Assembly: GCA_963748825.1 (NCBI GenBank)
Contig: CAVVKN010000022.1
Coordinates: 96,001-160,000, forward strand
Length of the DNA stretch: 64,000 nt
Reading direction: 5' to 3'
From: Methanotrichaceae archaeon
GTDB lineage: Archaea; Halobacteriota; Methanosarcinia; Methanotrichales; Methanotrichaceae
In this document: positions 49,798 to 59,451 of the stretch, one piece after another
Numbering within the stretch: the stretch's first letter is position 1
Layout of the letters: each line of letters opens with the position of its first letter
Made by a program: the position numbers and the translations under genes
The notes under the pieces: model-generated
The model's input: only the letters and a program-made list of their open reading frames with translations
The model's database searches: none
What the model was told of the DNA's origin: nothing

Positions 49798-51312
49798 ATG
49801 TTGCAAGTTCGTCCCTTTGATATCGAGATAGGTCAGCACAAAGTCATGCTTAACGTAGTGGATGCCAGAGAGAGAGGCCTTAATGCCGGTGACCGGGTCA
49901 GGGTCAGAACAAAGGGTTCCGCGACCACAGCCATTCTCGACGTCACTTTGGAGATGGTCAAGGCTGGGGAGATCGGCATCTTCACAGAGGCCCTAAAAGA
50001 CCTGAAGAATCCCACCAGCGTGGATGTTCTGCCTGCACCCAAGCCCGCCTCTCTCTGCTATATAAAGAACATAATGGATAAGAAAAAGCTCACCGAGGAC
50101 CAGATCCGCACCATCGTACAGGATATTGTGGACAATAACCTTAGTGATATTGAGCTTTCAGCTTATGTTACTGCTTCTTACATCCATAATATGGACAGTC
50201 AGGAGGTTGAGTGGCTCACCCGCGCCATGATTGATACCGGAGAACGAATTCACTTCGACACTCATCCCGTCATGGACAAGCACAGCATTGGAGGCGTTCC
50301 CGGCAACAAGGTCTCTTTGCTGGTAGTGCCGATAGTCGCGGCCGCTGGTCTTCTCATTCCCAAGACCAGTTCACGCGCCATTACCGGCGCCGGTGGTACG
50401 GCGGACCTCATGGAAGTTCTGGCGCCGGTAGAGTTTAGTGCCGACGAGATCAAGGAACTGACCGAGAAGGTGGGCGGGGTCATCGTCTGGGGCGGAGCCA
50501 CCAATATTGCTCCAGCCGACGACAAGCTGATCAAAGCTGAATATGCTCTTTCCATCGATCCCTACAGCCAAATGCTCGCCTCCATCATGGCTAAGAAGGG
50601 AGCTGTAGGCGCAGATGCAGTTGTGGTGGACATGCCTGTAGGTCCAGGCACAAAGCTTGCCACTTCTGAGGCGGGCCGCACTTTAGCCAAGGATCTCATC
50701 GACCTGGGAAGACGTCTGGGCATTCGTGTGGAGTGCGCCATGACCTTCGGTGGATCGCCAGTAGGCCGAACCATAGGCCCAGCCCTGGAGGTACGGGAAG
50801 CCCTCACTGTCCTGGAGAATAAAGGCGGACCGAACAGCTTGAAGGAGAAGAGCCTCTCTTTGGCCGGCATCTTGCTGGAGATGGGAGGAATCACCGGGCG
50901 AGGAGACGGCTACAAAGCGGCGGAGGAAATTCTCACCAGCGGAAAGGCCCATAAAAAACTCATGGAGATCATCGAGGTTCAGGGCGGCAATCCCCTGGTG
51001 AAGAGCGAAGAGATCGTTACCGGTGAGAACTGTGCGGATATTCTTGCTCCGGCGGGAGGCTACATCGTGGCCTTCTACAATAAACGACTGGTGGAGCTGG
51101 CCCGTATGGCAGGGGCACCCGCGGACAAGAAGGCAGGAGTTATAATCCACAGGAAGATGGGAGAACTGGTAAAGAAGGGTGAGCCTTTGATCACCATCTG
51201 CTCCTCTTCGGATTGGCAACTGGATAGTGCAGTAAAGGATGCCAATAGGCAGATGCCAATCGTAGTCGAGGGAATGCTGCTGGAGAGATACCCCAGGATC
51301 ACCGAGCTATAG
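49798..51312 (+). CDS. AMP phosphorylase
   Basis: DKHSIGGVPGNK, KTSSRAITGAGGTAD, APADD and SIMAKK, with the archaeal N-terminal extension. Confidence 0.95.
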   Translation: MLQVRPFDIEIGQHKVMLNVVDARERGLNAGDRVRVRTKGSATTAILDVTLEMVKAGEIGIFTEALKDLKNPTSVDVLPAPKPASLCYIKNIMDKKKLTEDQIRTIVQDIVDNNLSDIELSAYVTASYIHNMDSQEVEWLTRAMIDTGERIHFDTHPVMDKHSIGGVPGNKVSLLVVPIVAAAGLLIPKTSSRAITGAGGTADLMEVLAPVEFSADEIKELTEKVGGVIVWGGATNIAPADDKLIKAEYALSIDPYSQMLASIMAKKGAVGADAVVVDMPVGPGTKLATSEAGRTLAKDLIDLGRRLGIRVECAMTFGGSPVGRTIGPALEVREALTVLENKGGPNSLKEKSLSLAGILLEMGGITGRGDGYKAAEEILTSGKAHKKLMEIIEVQGGNPLVKSEEIVTGENCADILAPAGGYIVAFYNKRLVELARMAGAPADKKAGVIIHRKMGELVKKGEPLITICSSSDWQLDSAVKDANRQMPIVVEGMLLERYPRITEL

Positions 51313-51336
51313 AAATCACGTTAGAGGGCACAAAAA

Positions 51337-52182
51337 ATGTTGGTAGCAATTACTTATCACGAGGATTTCGGAAAGCGGGGATTTAGCGTACTGAAAGAGC
51401 GAATCCGGCCATCATTCGAGAAGCTGATGGAGTCGGGACTGGTGGATGGCACAGATGTGCAGGTCTTCAAGGCAAGGCCCGCTCCTCTGGAGCTGGTGGC
51501 GCAGGCTCACACGATAGCTCACATGGCTAATATGGAGAATGATCCATACCGTGAGGTGGCAATGCTTTCCGCAGGCAGCGTGATGATGGCGGCAGAGATG
51601 GTGGCCATGGGCCAAGCCAGGAGGGCCTTCGCATATACCGGCACGGCCGGACACCATGCCTCGCGGGGCAGTTGCTGGGGATTCTGCTACTTCAACGATG
51701 TGGCTATCACCATACTGCGTCTGCGGCAGATGGGGCTGCAGCGCTTCCTTATAGTGGATGTAGATCCTCATTTTGGAGACGGTACGCGTGACTTCTTCAA
51801 AGACGATGCCGATGTATTTCATATTAACATGCACAGCGGCACTGGTGAAGAGCATGATCCAATAAAAAACAACTACGACATCGGCCTCACCTTTGGAGGC
51901 AACAATGAACGGTTCCTTGCCGCTCTCCAGAGCGCCCTTGAATTGGCCAGGGATTTTGACTTTCAGATGGCTTTTGTCATCTTCGGCCATGACTCTCACC
52001 AGGACGATTATGGTGGCTTCAATCTCACATTTGAAGCCTATCCCAGGATGACGCAATTGATAATGGACGCGGTGGGCGATAGGGGGCTGGTCTTTGTGCT
52101 GAGCGGCGGCTCATGTGCGCATGTTGCACAGCGCGTTATCCCCGATGTGATCTCCGTCTTGGCAGGAAGGTGGCAGGTTTGA
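51337..52182 (+). CDS. Histone deacetylase superfamily protein
   Basis: GHHA, GFCYFND, DVDPHFGDGT, GHDSH and LSGGS. Confidence 0.9.
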   Translation: MLVAITYHEDFGKRGFSVLKERIRPSFEKLMESGLVDGTDVQVFKARPAPLELVAQAHTIAHMANMENDPYREVAMLSAGSVMMAAEMVAMGQARRAFAYTGTAGHHASRGSCWGFCYFNDVAITILRLRQMGLQRFLIVDVDPHFGDGTRDFFKDDADVFHINMHSGTGEEHDPIKNNYDIGLTFGGNNERFLAALQSALELARDFDFQMAFVIFGHDSHQDDYGGFNLTFEAYPRMTQLIMDAVGDRGLVFVLSGGSCAHVAQRVIPDVISVLAGRWQV

Positions 52183-52184
52183 GG

Positions 52185-53036
52185 ATGGCTTCTAATTGCT
52201 ATCCCTGTATCCTGGACCGGGCCAAATTCGAATGCGATCTGGTTTTTTCCAAAGAGGAGGAGAAGAAGGCGGCTATGGAGGAGCTGCTGGACTACTTAGC
52301 CTGCCACAAGGATGGAGTGTCGGCTCTGGTGGGAACGGAGCGGGAGAATATCGTCAAGAGACGCAGCGGATTATCCGATCCGTACCAAAGCTTCAAAGAG
52401 GAGAGCAACCGTGTGGCTGCGGATATTTTGCCCCTGGCCGAAGAGTTCTACGAAAAAGCTGATGACAAGATTGAGGCATTAGTTCGCATTGCTGCAGTCG
52501 CCAATTCCATGGAGTTTGGCGTCAAGGGCCATGACTTCGATAATTCAACCTTTTCCGGCGTTTTTCTAGATACGCTTCGCGAAAAGCTGCATGGCGATAT
52601 TGCCGAAGTAAAGAGGCGTCTAGGCAGCTTTAGCAATATCTTCTATCTTACAGACAATTGCGGTGAAGCTGTATTTGATCTCTTCGTAATTGGAAAGCTT
52701 GAGGAGATGGGAAAGTGTGTGGTAATAGGATCAAAGTCTGAGCCCGTCCTCAATGATGTTACCGCGAAAGAGCTTTCGGCCATGACGGAAACAAAGGTTA
52801 TTCCAACCGGAAATGTAGTGGGAACGGCCCTGGAGCACCTGGAGCCTGAGGCTTGCTCTCTCTTGTTCGATCCCAGCTGGCTGATATTGTCCAAAGGCAT
52901 GGGCAATTTTGAGACCATCTCCGAGTTCGAAGAGAAGCTGATTGGCCGGCTTATCTACATCATGAGGGCTAAGTGCGAGCCTGTGTCCATGGTGATTGGC
53001 GTGCCCAAGGGAACTCTGGTAGCAAAATCGATTTAG
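52185..53036 (+). CDS. ARMT1/DUF89 damage-control phosphatase
   Basis: CYPC, DPY..K..SN, AN.MEFGV, LTDNCGE, PVLNDVT, SKGMGNFET and AKCEP. Confidence 0.92.
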   Translation: MASNCYPCILDRAKFECDLVFSKEEEKKAAMEELLDYLACHKDGVSALVGTERENIVKRRSGLSDPYQSFKEESNRVAADILPLAEEFYEKADDKIEALVRIAAVANSMEFGVKGHDFDNSTFSGVFLDTLREKLHGDIAEVKRRLGSFSNIFYLTDNCGEAVFDLFVIGKLEEMGKCVVIGSKSEPVLNDVTAKELSAMTETKVIPTGNVVGTALEHLEPEACSLLFDPSWLILSKGMGNFETISEFEEKLIGRLIYIMRAKCEPVSMVIGVPKGTLVAKSI

Positions 53037-53101
53037 TGCCTTCGAATAATATTCAAAATCATGGGATGATGAAGCATATGAATTGGATCATCATCCTTAT
53101 T

Positions 53102-53764
53102 TTATCTATAATTCATATCCACTTCTTGAGCAGCCACCTCTTCCGGTTCCTCTATAAAAGGCTCCATGAGAGTGATGTCAATGTCGAGGTGGAGAAGCTC
53201 TTTTATTGCACTCAGCAGGTTAGTTGCCGCCAGGATGTCCACAGGGTCGGCTCCCGAGCTGGCTCCAAGCAGGCAAAAGCCGCGCAGACCATATAGAGGC
53301 GCAAGCCCTGCCAGAAGGCCGTTTAGTCCGCCGATAGCGCCGCTTCGCAGCAAAGGGATTTTGCACTCACAGAGAGCCGTGGCTGAATCAAGATCTGTAG
53401 CAGTGCCCAGTATCGTCTCGTTTGTTTCTCCCACATATGCAGCGAGAGTGATCACATCCGTGACCCCTTGCTCTTTAAGGGCCTGCAGAATGTTTCCCGC
53501 CAGTTCATACATGCCTACTACATCCAGGGGCTGAGCATCACCTGAGAGAATGAGCAGGTCCTTTTTTTCCTTGGGACGCATCAGTCCTGCATGCATCAAC
53601 TCAGCTAACCCGTCACAGACCGTAACCTGGGGCGGAAAGCTGTGCGAAAAAAAGGGCATTATGGTACTGCATTCCAGGGCAGTAGCCAGGTAATCGGCAG
53701 CCACTTTGCCAACGCTTCCAATTCCCGGAAGACCGCAAATGCAGATGAAACGAGACTCAAACAT
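53102..53764 (-). CDS. PAC2 family proteasome assembly chaperone
   Basis: GLPGIGSVGKVAADYL, FPPQV, GDAQP and IGGLNGLL. Confidence 0.92.
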   Translation of the reverse strand: MFESRFICICGLPGIGSVGKVAADYLATALECSTIMPFFSHSFPPQVTVCDGLAELMHAGLMRPKEKKDLLILSGDAQPLDVVGMYELAGNILQALKEQGVTDVITLAAYVGETNETILGTATDLDSATALCECKIPLLRSGAIGGLNGLLAGLAPLYGLRGFCLLGASSGADPVDILAATNLLSAIKELLHLDIDITLMEPFIEEPEEVAAQEVDMNYR

Positions 53765-53862
53765 CGGAATAAAGTTGGCGTGCAGCTATAACATACTTTC
53801 GCCAACCTAATTTCCGATATTTGATGCTGTGGCATTATTTATGCTAGCTTGAGGTATCTCTC

Positions 53863-54465
53863 TTATTTGCCGGCTGCCTCGATCAGCCAGTTGATCTTGA
53901 TGGTCTCATTAGTCTCCTGGATGGTGCGATCTGCAGGCAGAATCTGGCCGTTGAAGAAGATGAATGAGTTGCCTGTTCCATCGCTATTCTCCATGCCGAT
54001 GGGAGCGGCCCCGCGATCGTAGAAGACCACATAAAAGTCTCCAGTTACCGGTACAGCCGGTATCTCGATCTCACCGAATAACGGCCCGGTATCAGACAGG
54101 AAGTAATTGTTCTGCGCATCAGCAAATTTATATAGAAGATTGAGATCTTTGTCTCTTATCTCAAGCATTATATTTCTGTCTGCCGGGAATGTTTGTGTGG
54201 ACTTATTAAATCCGCTCCACGCCAAAACCCGCACCTTTTGCAGCTTCCAGCCTGCGTTTGGGGCAGTGAACTTTGCTGCCTCTCCGAAATCCAAAGAGCC
54301 AAATTCAACCAATGAAGAGAATAATGTAACGTTCATCTCCGAATAATTCTTTCCGCTATCTCCCCTCAGTGTAGTTAATTGTGATGTTGCGGTCTCCGCG
54401 GCGATAGCGTTTATGCATAGTGCTGCGCAACATAGGCAAGCAAGCAATAATATAGTCTTCTTCAA
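53863..54465 (-). CDS. Secreted protein, tandem paralogue 3 of 3
   Basis: TTG start after GGTGAT, signal peptide, GEAAKFTAP.GWKL, EIRDKDLNLLYKFAD and DFYVVFYDRG. Confidence 0.85.
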   Translation of the reverse strand: MKKTILLLACLCCAALCINAIAAETATSQLTTLRGDSGKNYSEMNVTLFSSLVEFGSLDFGEAAKFTAPNAGWKLQKVRVLAWSGFNKSTQTFPADRNIMLEIRDKDLNLLYKFADAQNNYFLSDTGPLFGEIEIPAVPVTGDFYVVFYDRGAAPIGMENSDGTGNSFIFFNGQILPADRTIQETNETIKINWLIEAAGK

Positions 54466-54497
54466 GTGATCACCCAAGGTCTATCAAATGATTTTTA

Positions 54498-54516
54498 TCC
54501 ATATAAAGATTCTGAT
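54498..54516 (-). promoter_or_regulatory. Duplicated BRE-TATA promoter (copy at 55352-55370)
   Basis: Identical 19-mer, reading ATCAGAATCTTTATATGGA on the minus strand, at the same distance upstream of two paralogues. Confidence 0.7.
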
Positions 54517-54689
54517 ATGTACTCGATACGATTTCATGATTTAAATAACAATTAAGTTATTAAATTTGCAGGATTCCTTTTAAAGATTGAATCGAACGGC
54601 AGTGGTAATAAATCCACGTATAGATATCTGAGACAGGTCGACATTGGGCTAAATTTCCATCCGTGCCGACCACCTCAGATCAAAGAGAT

Positions 54690-55319
54690 TTAATTTCCGC
54701 TCACAGTCATTATCCAATTCAAGGGCACCGATTCGTTCTCCTTGAATAATGGCAGATTTGCAGGCAATAATGTATTTCCGTCTTCGATGTAGATGAACGA
54801 GTTCTCGCCGGTCTCATTGAGGATTTCACTGGCGATGGCAATTGCTCCACGGTCATAGAAGCATACATAAAATTCATCGCTGACTGATATTGATGGTAAA
54901 CGGACGGTAAGTGGATATGTCTCCGTAGCATTGCGGATAAAGTTGGAGTACGGGAGCTGAGAGTCAGCAAATCTATATAGTAAATTAAGGTCCTTATCCC
55001 TCACTTCAAGGGCAATTATCCGTTCTCTTGGAATAGATTCCATGGTGCCATTGAAGCCATCCCATCCCAATATTTGCACGGTATTCAGCTTCCAGCCAGG
55101 CTTTGGTGCCTTGAACTTGACAGCTTCCGCAATAAAATAAGCTGGAAGGCCCATTATCGATAGTAAATCTATGGAAACGATTCTCTTCTGAGAGAGATTT
55201 CCTTCATATGAATTCATAGCTTGATTATCTGGTGATTTTGCATCCGCGGCAGCAGATATGCCTGTCAAAGATAAAGCCAGTAAGCTTAATACAGTTATCA
55301 GCAAAACCATTTTCTTCAA
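54690..55319 (-). CDS. Secreted protein, tandem paralogue 2 of 3
   Basis: Signal peptide, AEAVKFKAP.GWKL, EVRDKDLNLLYRFAD and EFYVCFYDRG. Confidence 0.85.
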   Translation of the reverse strand: MKKMVLLITVLSLLALSLTGISAAADAKSPDNQAMNSYEGNLSQKRIVSIDLLSIMGLPAYFIAEAVKFKAPKPGWKLNTVQILGWDGFNGTMESIPRERIIALEVRDKDLNLLYRFADSQLPYSNFIRNATETYPLTVRLPSISVSDEFYVCFYDRGAIAIASEILNETGENSFIYIEDGNTLLPANLPLFKENESVPLNWIMTVSGN

Positions 55320-55351
55320 ACGATCACCTGAGATAGTTCAGATGAATTTTG

Positions 55352-55370
55352 TCCATATAAAGATTCTGAT
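55352..55370 (-). promoter_or_regulatory. Duplicated BRE-TATA promoter (copy at 54498-54516)
   Basis: Identical 19-mer upstream of paralogue 2. Confidence 0.7.
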
Positions 55371-55428
55371 GGCAGGGAAGAATTTGATAAATTCAGAAAA
55401 AGGAAAAATATGAAGAGATGAATCTCTT

Positions 55429-56040
55429 CTACTCGCCGACTGCTCTGATGACCCAGTTAACTTTGGCCGTCGCGTTATTTTCAATTTTAAAATCAGCAGG
55501 AATCAGCTGACTATTCAGGTCATTGTATTGATAGGAATTTCCTGTTCCATTTTCCAATTCTACCCCGATCCTCATGGTGCTTCGATCATAGAAGATGATG
55601 TAGAAATCGCCTGTTAATGAAAGAGCCGGAATATCTATGGTTCTGAGAATGGGCATTGGGTTTGTAAAATAGGCGTTTTGTGTATCTGCAAGTCGGTAAA
55701 GAAGGTTCAGATCGTTATCTCTTATCTCAATGAGAAAATTACCCGAGGCAGGAACCGTCCTGGTGGTTTCATTGAAACCGTTCCAGCCCAACACCTGTAT
55801 CTGCTTCAATTTCCATCCAGACTTTGGTGCCGTGAATTTGACTGCTTCGCCTATGCTAAATGCATAAACGCCCCAGTCCTGGGCGGCAGAATACAAGCTT
55901 ATATTCGTGTTGTTTGATGCAGTATCCTGCTGGAGGACCATCATACCTGGGTTGGCACTAGTTGCACCATTTTGAGCTACTGCCATGCCTATTAGAGCTA
56001 AGAAACAGAAGGCTGAAATCAATAAAATCATCTTTTTCAT
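55429..56040 (-). CDS. Secreted protein, tandem paralogue 1 of 3
   Basis: Signal peptide, GEAVKFTAP.GWKL, EIRDNDLNLLYRLAD and DFYIIFYDRS. Confidence 0.85.
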   Translation of the reverse strand: MKKMILLISAFCFLALIGMAVAQNGATSANPGMMVLQQDTASNNTNISLYSAAQDWGVYAFSIGEAVKFTAPKSGWKLKQIQVLGWNGFNETTRTVPASGNFLIEIRDNDLNLLYRLADTQNAYFTNPMPILRTIDIPALSLTGDFYIIFYDRSTMRIGVELENGTGNSYQYNDLNSQLIPADFKIENNATAKVNWVIRAVGE

Positions 56041-56123
56041 GCTATCACCCGTGTAAGGGAATTAATTTGATCTTTATATAGATGATGCTAGATTGCATAG
56101 GCTGAGATCGACGCAAGAAATAA

Positions 56124-57089
56124 TTATAAAAATTTAAAGCACGTGCAGTCAAATACACCCTGCACGCTTCTTCCCGTCTTATCTCCAGCATTCATATCTG
56201 AAAAGCCGCCGTTGCAGCAGGGCAGCCATGCATCTTCCTTCTCTTCTTCGTCCTCGTAGCTGTACATAGTTAGATTCTGTTTTATGTGATACGTTCCAAA
56301 GTAGTCTTCATCCAGCACAAAGATGGGATTATGCCACGATTTCATAGCCGGGCCAAGGACGGAAGCTTCCTCAGGCTCTTCTGCTCCCAAGTGTTCATCT
56401 TCTGATCCACCATCTGATTCCTCGCCTGATTCCTCATCTCGCGGAATTCCGACCGTCTGCAAGGCTGCAAAATGGGCTTTGCCTTGAGTCATGTCTTCAT
56501 CCAATTTCATAGTGGTATTGAAGCCATCTGACGACGCATCTAGAATTAAATTCAGGCCCTTTGCACCCTCAATCCTGTTATTAATAAAATTCAGGCCATT
56601 GCGGTTCTTTATCCAGGTATTCTCAAAAAGCCGGGAATTGAAAACAATGGCATGGGTGGCATAGTATCGCGATCCTATGGGCAATTCCAAAGAGCCATAG
56701 GTCATTTTATGATCTTCATCTATCTCGATTATGCTGGTCGTCTCTTCATCATCTTCTATTATCTCTCCATCTTTATCATAGGCGCCATTGACCCAGGTCC
56801 TGTTATTGTATGAACTCTCGGCATACATCAGGGAATTTGCATCAATCTCGCCGCTTCCGTGAGCATTATTTTTTGCCTCGACGCCGTTGTAGAGCAGCCC
56901 CTCCTCTCCAATTGCATCCGGCATAGATGAATGCCTGTAGGTAGCAAAGAAGCCTGTTCCGCTCACGCGTTGCTGCATGTCGAATGTAAGATTTTTCTCT
57001 TCGATGGTGCTTGGATCTTCGTATGGTACCTTGTCGCTTTCGCTGCCCGCAGAGCTCATTCCTACAAGAATAAAAAGCATCAACAACAC
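56124..57089 (-). CDS. Secreted acidic protein with Cys-rich tail, resembling Methanothrix sheath protein family (start possibly CTG 57104)
   Basis: Signal peptide, VSGTGF, HGSG, GKAHF, EDYFGTYHI and WLPCCNGG...VFDCTC. The resemblance to MspA-type proteins is from memory. Confidence 0.6.
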   Translation of the reverse strand: MLLMLFILVGMSSAGSESDKVPYEDPSTIEEKNLTFDMQQRVSGTGFFATYRHSSMPDAIGEEGLLYNGVEAKNNAHGSGEIDANSLMYAESSYNNRTWVNGAYDKDGEIIEDDEETTSIIEIDEDHKMTYGSLELPIGSRYYATHAIVFNSRLFENTWIKNRNGLNFINNRIEGAKGLNLILDASSDGFNTTMKLDEDMTQGKAHFAALQTVGIPRDEESGEESDGGSEDEHLGAEEPEEASVLGPAMKSWHNPIFVLDEDYFGTYHIKQNLTMYSYEDEEEKEDAWLPCCNGGFSDMNAGDKTGRSVQGVFDCTCFKFL

Positions 57090-57458
57090 AATCCCCCTTC
57101 TCAGATTAACCCCTCCCCTTTAGAACAAACTTCTTTATTTAGTATGTAATGTAATATTATTTTAAGATATCTGAGCATATCTTAAATAAGGATGACATTA
57201 ACAAATAATTTTTGTAATCTAATATTAACAAAGTGAACAGAAATTTAATTTATTATAAATTATAATTCGTTTTCATTTACAAAACCAGGGAGAAATGCAC
57301 ATCCCCTTCAAACGATGAATTATTATGCATCCAATAAGATCTTAATTATATTCATTCTTAACACGTCTATTACATAAAAATGATACATTCTTCATACTTG
57401 GTATGTATGTCCGACATCCTTTTATAATTAACGGATATTTCTATGATTTGGTGAGATA

Positions 57459-58178
57459 ATGCATATTCCTGATGGCTACCTGGGGCCATATACCTATATC
57501 GCAATGTGGATCATCATGATCCCCATCTGGTATTATGCGGGAAAAAGACTCGGCAGAGAGCTGAGGTCAAAGCAAGTTCCCCTGCTGGCTATGTCGGCCG
57601 CCTTTTCCTTTGTAATTATGATGTTCAACATCCCTATCCCTGGGGGCAGCACCGGCCACGCTGTGGGCGGAGCGATAATCGGTATCGTCCTGGGGCCCTG
57701 GGCAGGAGTAATTGCCATATCCGTTGCCCTTGTCCTCCAGGCGCTCATGTTCGGAGACGGAGGGATTACAGCTATTGCAGCCAACTGCTTTAATATGGCT
57801 GTAATAATGCCTTTCAGCGCCTACTATGTCTACAAATATATCAGCGGCAATACAGGGTTCACCTCTTCTCGACGGGTCATCGGCGCAGCCATAGCCGGTT
57901 ATATCTCTCTTATCCTTGCAGCAGGTTTCACCGGTCTCATGTTCGGTATTCAACCCTTGCTGCACCAAAGTGCCGAAGGAGTGCCGTTATACATGCCCTA
58001 TGGCCTGAATGTGGCACTTCCGGCCATGCTCCTGGAACATGTCCTGGGATTCGGCATCCTTGAGGCTGTGATCACAGCTTTAATCTTCGTCTATATCCAG
58101 AAAACCGATACTTCTCTGCTTTACGGAGCGAAAACCAGACTGCAGGATAGCAGGAGCAAGAAAGCTGCCGCTCCCTGA
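57459..58178 (+). CDS. cbiM: Ni/Co ECF transporter substrate component CbiM/NikM
   Basis: N-terminal MHIPDG, GGSTGH, QALMFGDGG and EAVIT. Confidence 0.95.
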   Translation: MHIPDGYLGPYTYIAMWIIMIPIWYYAGKRLGRELRSKQVPLLAMSAAFSFVIMMFNIPIPGGSTGHAVGGAIIGIVLGPWAGVIAISVALVLQALMFGDGGITAIAANCFNMAVIMPFSAYYVYKYISGNTGFTSSRRVIGAAIAGYISLILAAGFTGLMFGIQPLLHQSAEGVPLYMPYGLNVALPAMLLEHVLGFGILEAVITALIFVYIQKTDTSLLYGAKTRLQDSRSKKAAAP

Positions 58179-58187
58179 GGAAAGACT

Positions 58188-58502
58188 ATGGATAAGACTA
58201 CAAAAAAATTAGCCATCGGCCTGATGTTGTTGATAATTCTAACCCCACTCGGCCTTTTAGCCGTAGGCGAGACATTCGGTGAGTGGGGGCCGGAGGAGGT
58301 CAAGGAGAAGCTGGGATTTGTGCCTCCCGGCCTGGAAAGGCTCTCCGGTCTTTGGAGTGCCCCGTTGCCTGGTTATGCCTTTTCCGGAGGCGACGAGTCC
58401 ATGACCGTAGCCGCAGCAGTGTACATTCTATCGGCAGTTATCGGTGTAGTCGTATGCGGTGGCCTGCTTTACTTCATAGGAAAGAAGGTCGCCAAAGACT
58501 AA
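58188..58502 (+). CDS. Ni/Co ECF accessory component (NikN/PDGLE type)
   Basis: Two TM segments around GEWG...APLPGY; operon position. Confidence 0.85.
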   Translation: MDKTTKKLAIGLMLLIILTPLGLLAVGETFGEWGPEEVKEKLGFVPPGLERLSGLWSAPLPGYAFSGGDESMTVAAAVYILSAVIGVVVCGGLLYFIGKKVAKD

Positions 58503-58510
58503 GGAGAACG

Positions 58511-59449
58511 ATGATACCGGACTGGATGAAAGAAGTGGATGCGGATCAATGCAAATGCTCTGCGGTACATCATGGCAAAAAGGGATTTGTAGGAAAGACC
58601 ATTGATGGAATTTTCGGCTTTCTGGAGGAGGCTTTTATTTCAGAGAGCTTCTCTAAGCGCCGCGGCCTTCTGCAGAGCCTGGACCCAAGAGTTAAGCTGG
58701 TTTCCATCCTGGCCGTTATATTCGCCACCAGCCTGATTGGCGACCTGAGGGTGCTGATCTTCATCTATGCATTGACCCTGTTGTTTTCCTATCTCAGCAA
58801 GATTGAAGTGGGATTTTTCATCAAGCGTGTCTGGCTCTTCATACCCATCTTTGCCGGCATTATCGCCGTGCCCATGATATTCAATGTCTTTTTACCCGGC
58901 GATCCTCTCTACCAGGTGGCGTACCTTGGCCCAGGGGCACACCTGGGGCCTTTTTCCCTGCCGGAGAGCATCTTCATCACCAAACAGGGCGCGAATGCCG
59001 CGGTGATCTTCACTATGCGCGTGGCAACCTGCGTCTCTGCCGTGGTGCTGCTATTTCTCACCACACCGCAGCTTATCCTCTTCAAGTCCCTTCGCACGGT
59101 GGGCGTTCCCAAGCTCTATGTCCTCACGCTGCAGATGGCCTATCGATACATCTTCCTGCTCATGGACCTGATACGAGAGATGTATGTTGCCAAGAAAGCC
59201 CGGACCATCAAAGCCAGAGGAATGGTTGATGAGCAGAAGTGGGTAGGAGGACGCATAGGATATACACTCATAAGGTCTCTCTCCATGAGCGAAAAGGTAC
59301 ATATGGCCATGATGTCCAGGGGCTTTAACGGCGAAGTTCATATCATGCAGGAATTCAAAATGGCAAATCGCGACTATCTGGCAGGAATAGTGGCTATATC
59401 CTTGAGTGTGGTGCTGGTGTTGATCTCCCAAAATGTGATCCGGGTATAA
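58511..59449 (+). CDS. cbiQ: Ni/Co ECF transmembrane component CbiQ
   Basis: LDPRVKL, AYRYIF, KKART and AMMSRGF. Start is ATG 58511 after AGGAG. Confidence 0.93.
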   Translation: MIPDWMKEVDADQCKCSAVHHGKKGFVGKTIDGIFGFLEEAFISESFSKRRGLLQSLDPRVKLVSILAVIFATSLIGDLRVLIFIYALTLLFSYLSKIEVGFFIKRVWLFIPIFAGIIAVPMIFNVFLPGDPLYQVAYLGPGAHLGPFSLPESIFITKQGANAAVIFTMRVATCVSAVVLLFLTTPQLILFKSLRTVGVPKLYVLTLQMAYRYIFLLMDLIREMYVAKKARTIKARGMVDEQKWVGGRIGYTLIRSLSMSEKVHMAMMSRGFNGEVHIMQEFKMANRDYLAGIVAISLSVVLVLISQNVIRV

Positions 59450-59451
59450 AA

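Noticed and set aside
57360-57440. NikR operator or cobalamin riboswitch upstream of cbiM
   Set aside because: GTATG and CATAC half sites occur, but not in the GTATGA-N16-TCATAC arrangement; the region is too AT-rich for a B12 riboswitch.
58283-58510. N-terminal extension of cbiQ as given in the ORF track
   Set aside because: It overlaps the NikN-type gene in another frame; ATG 58511 has a clear RBS.
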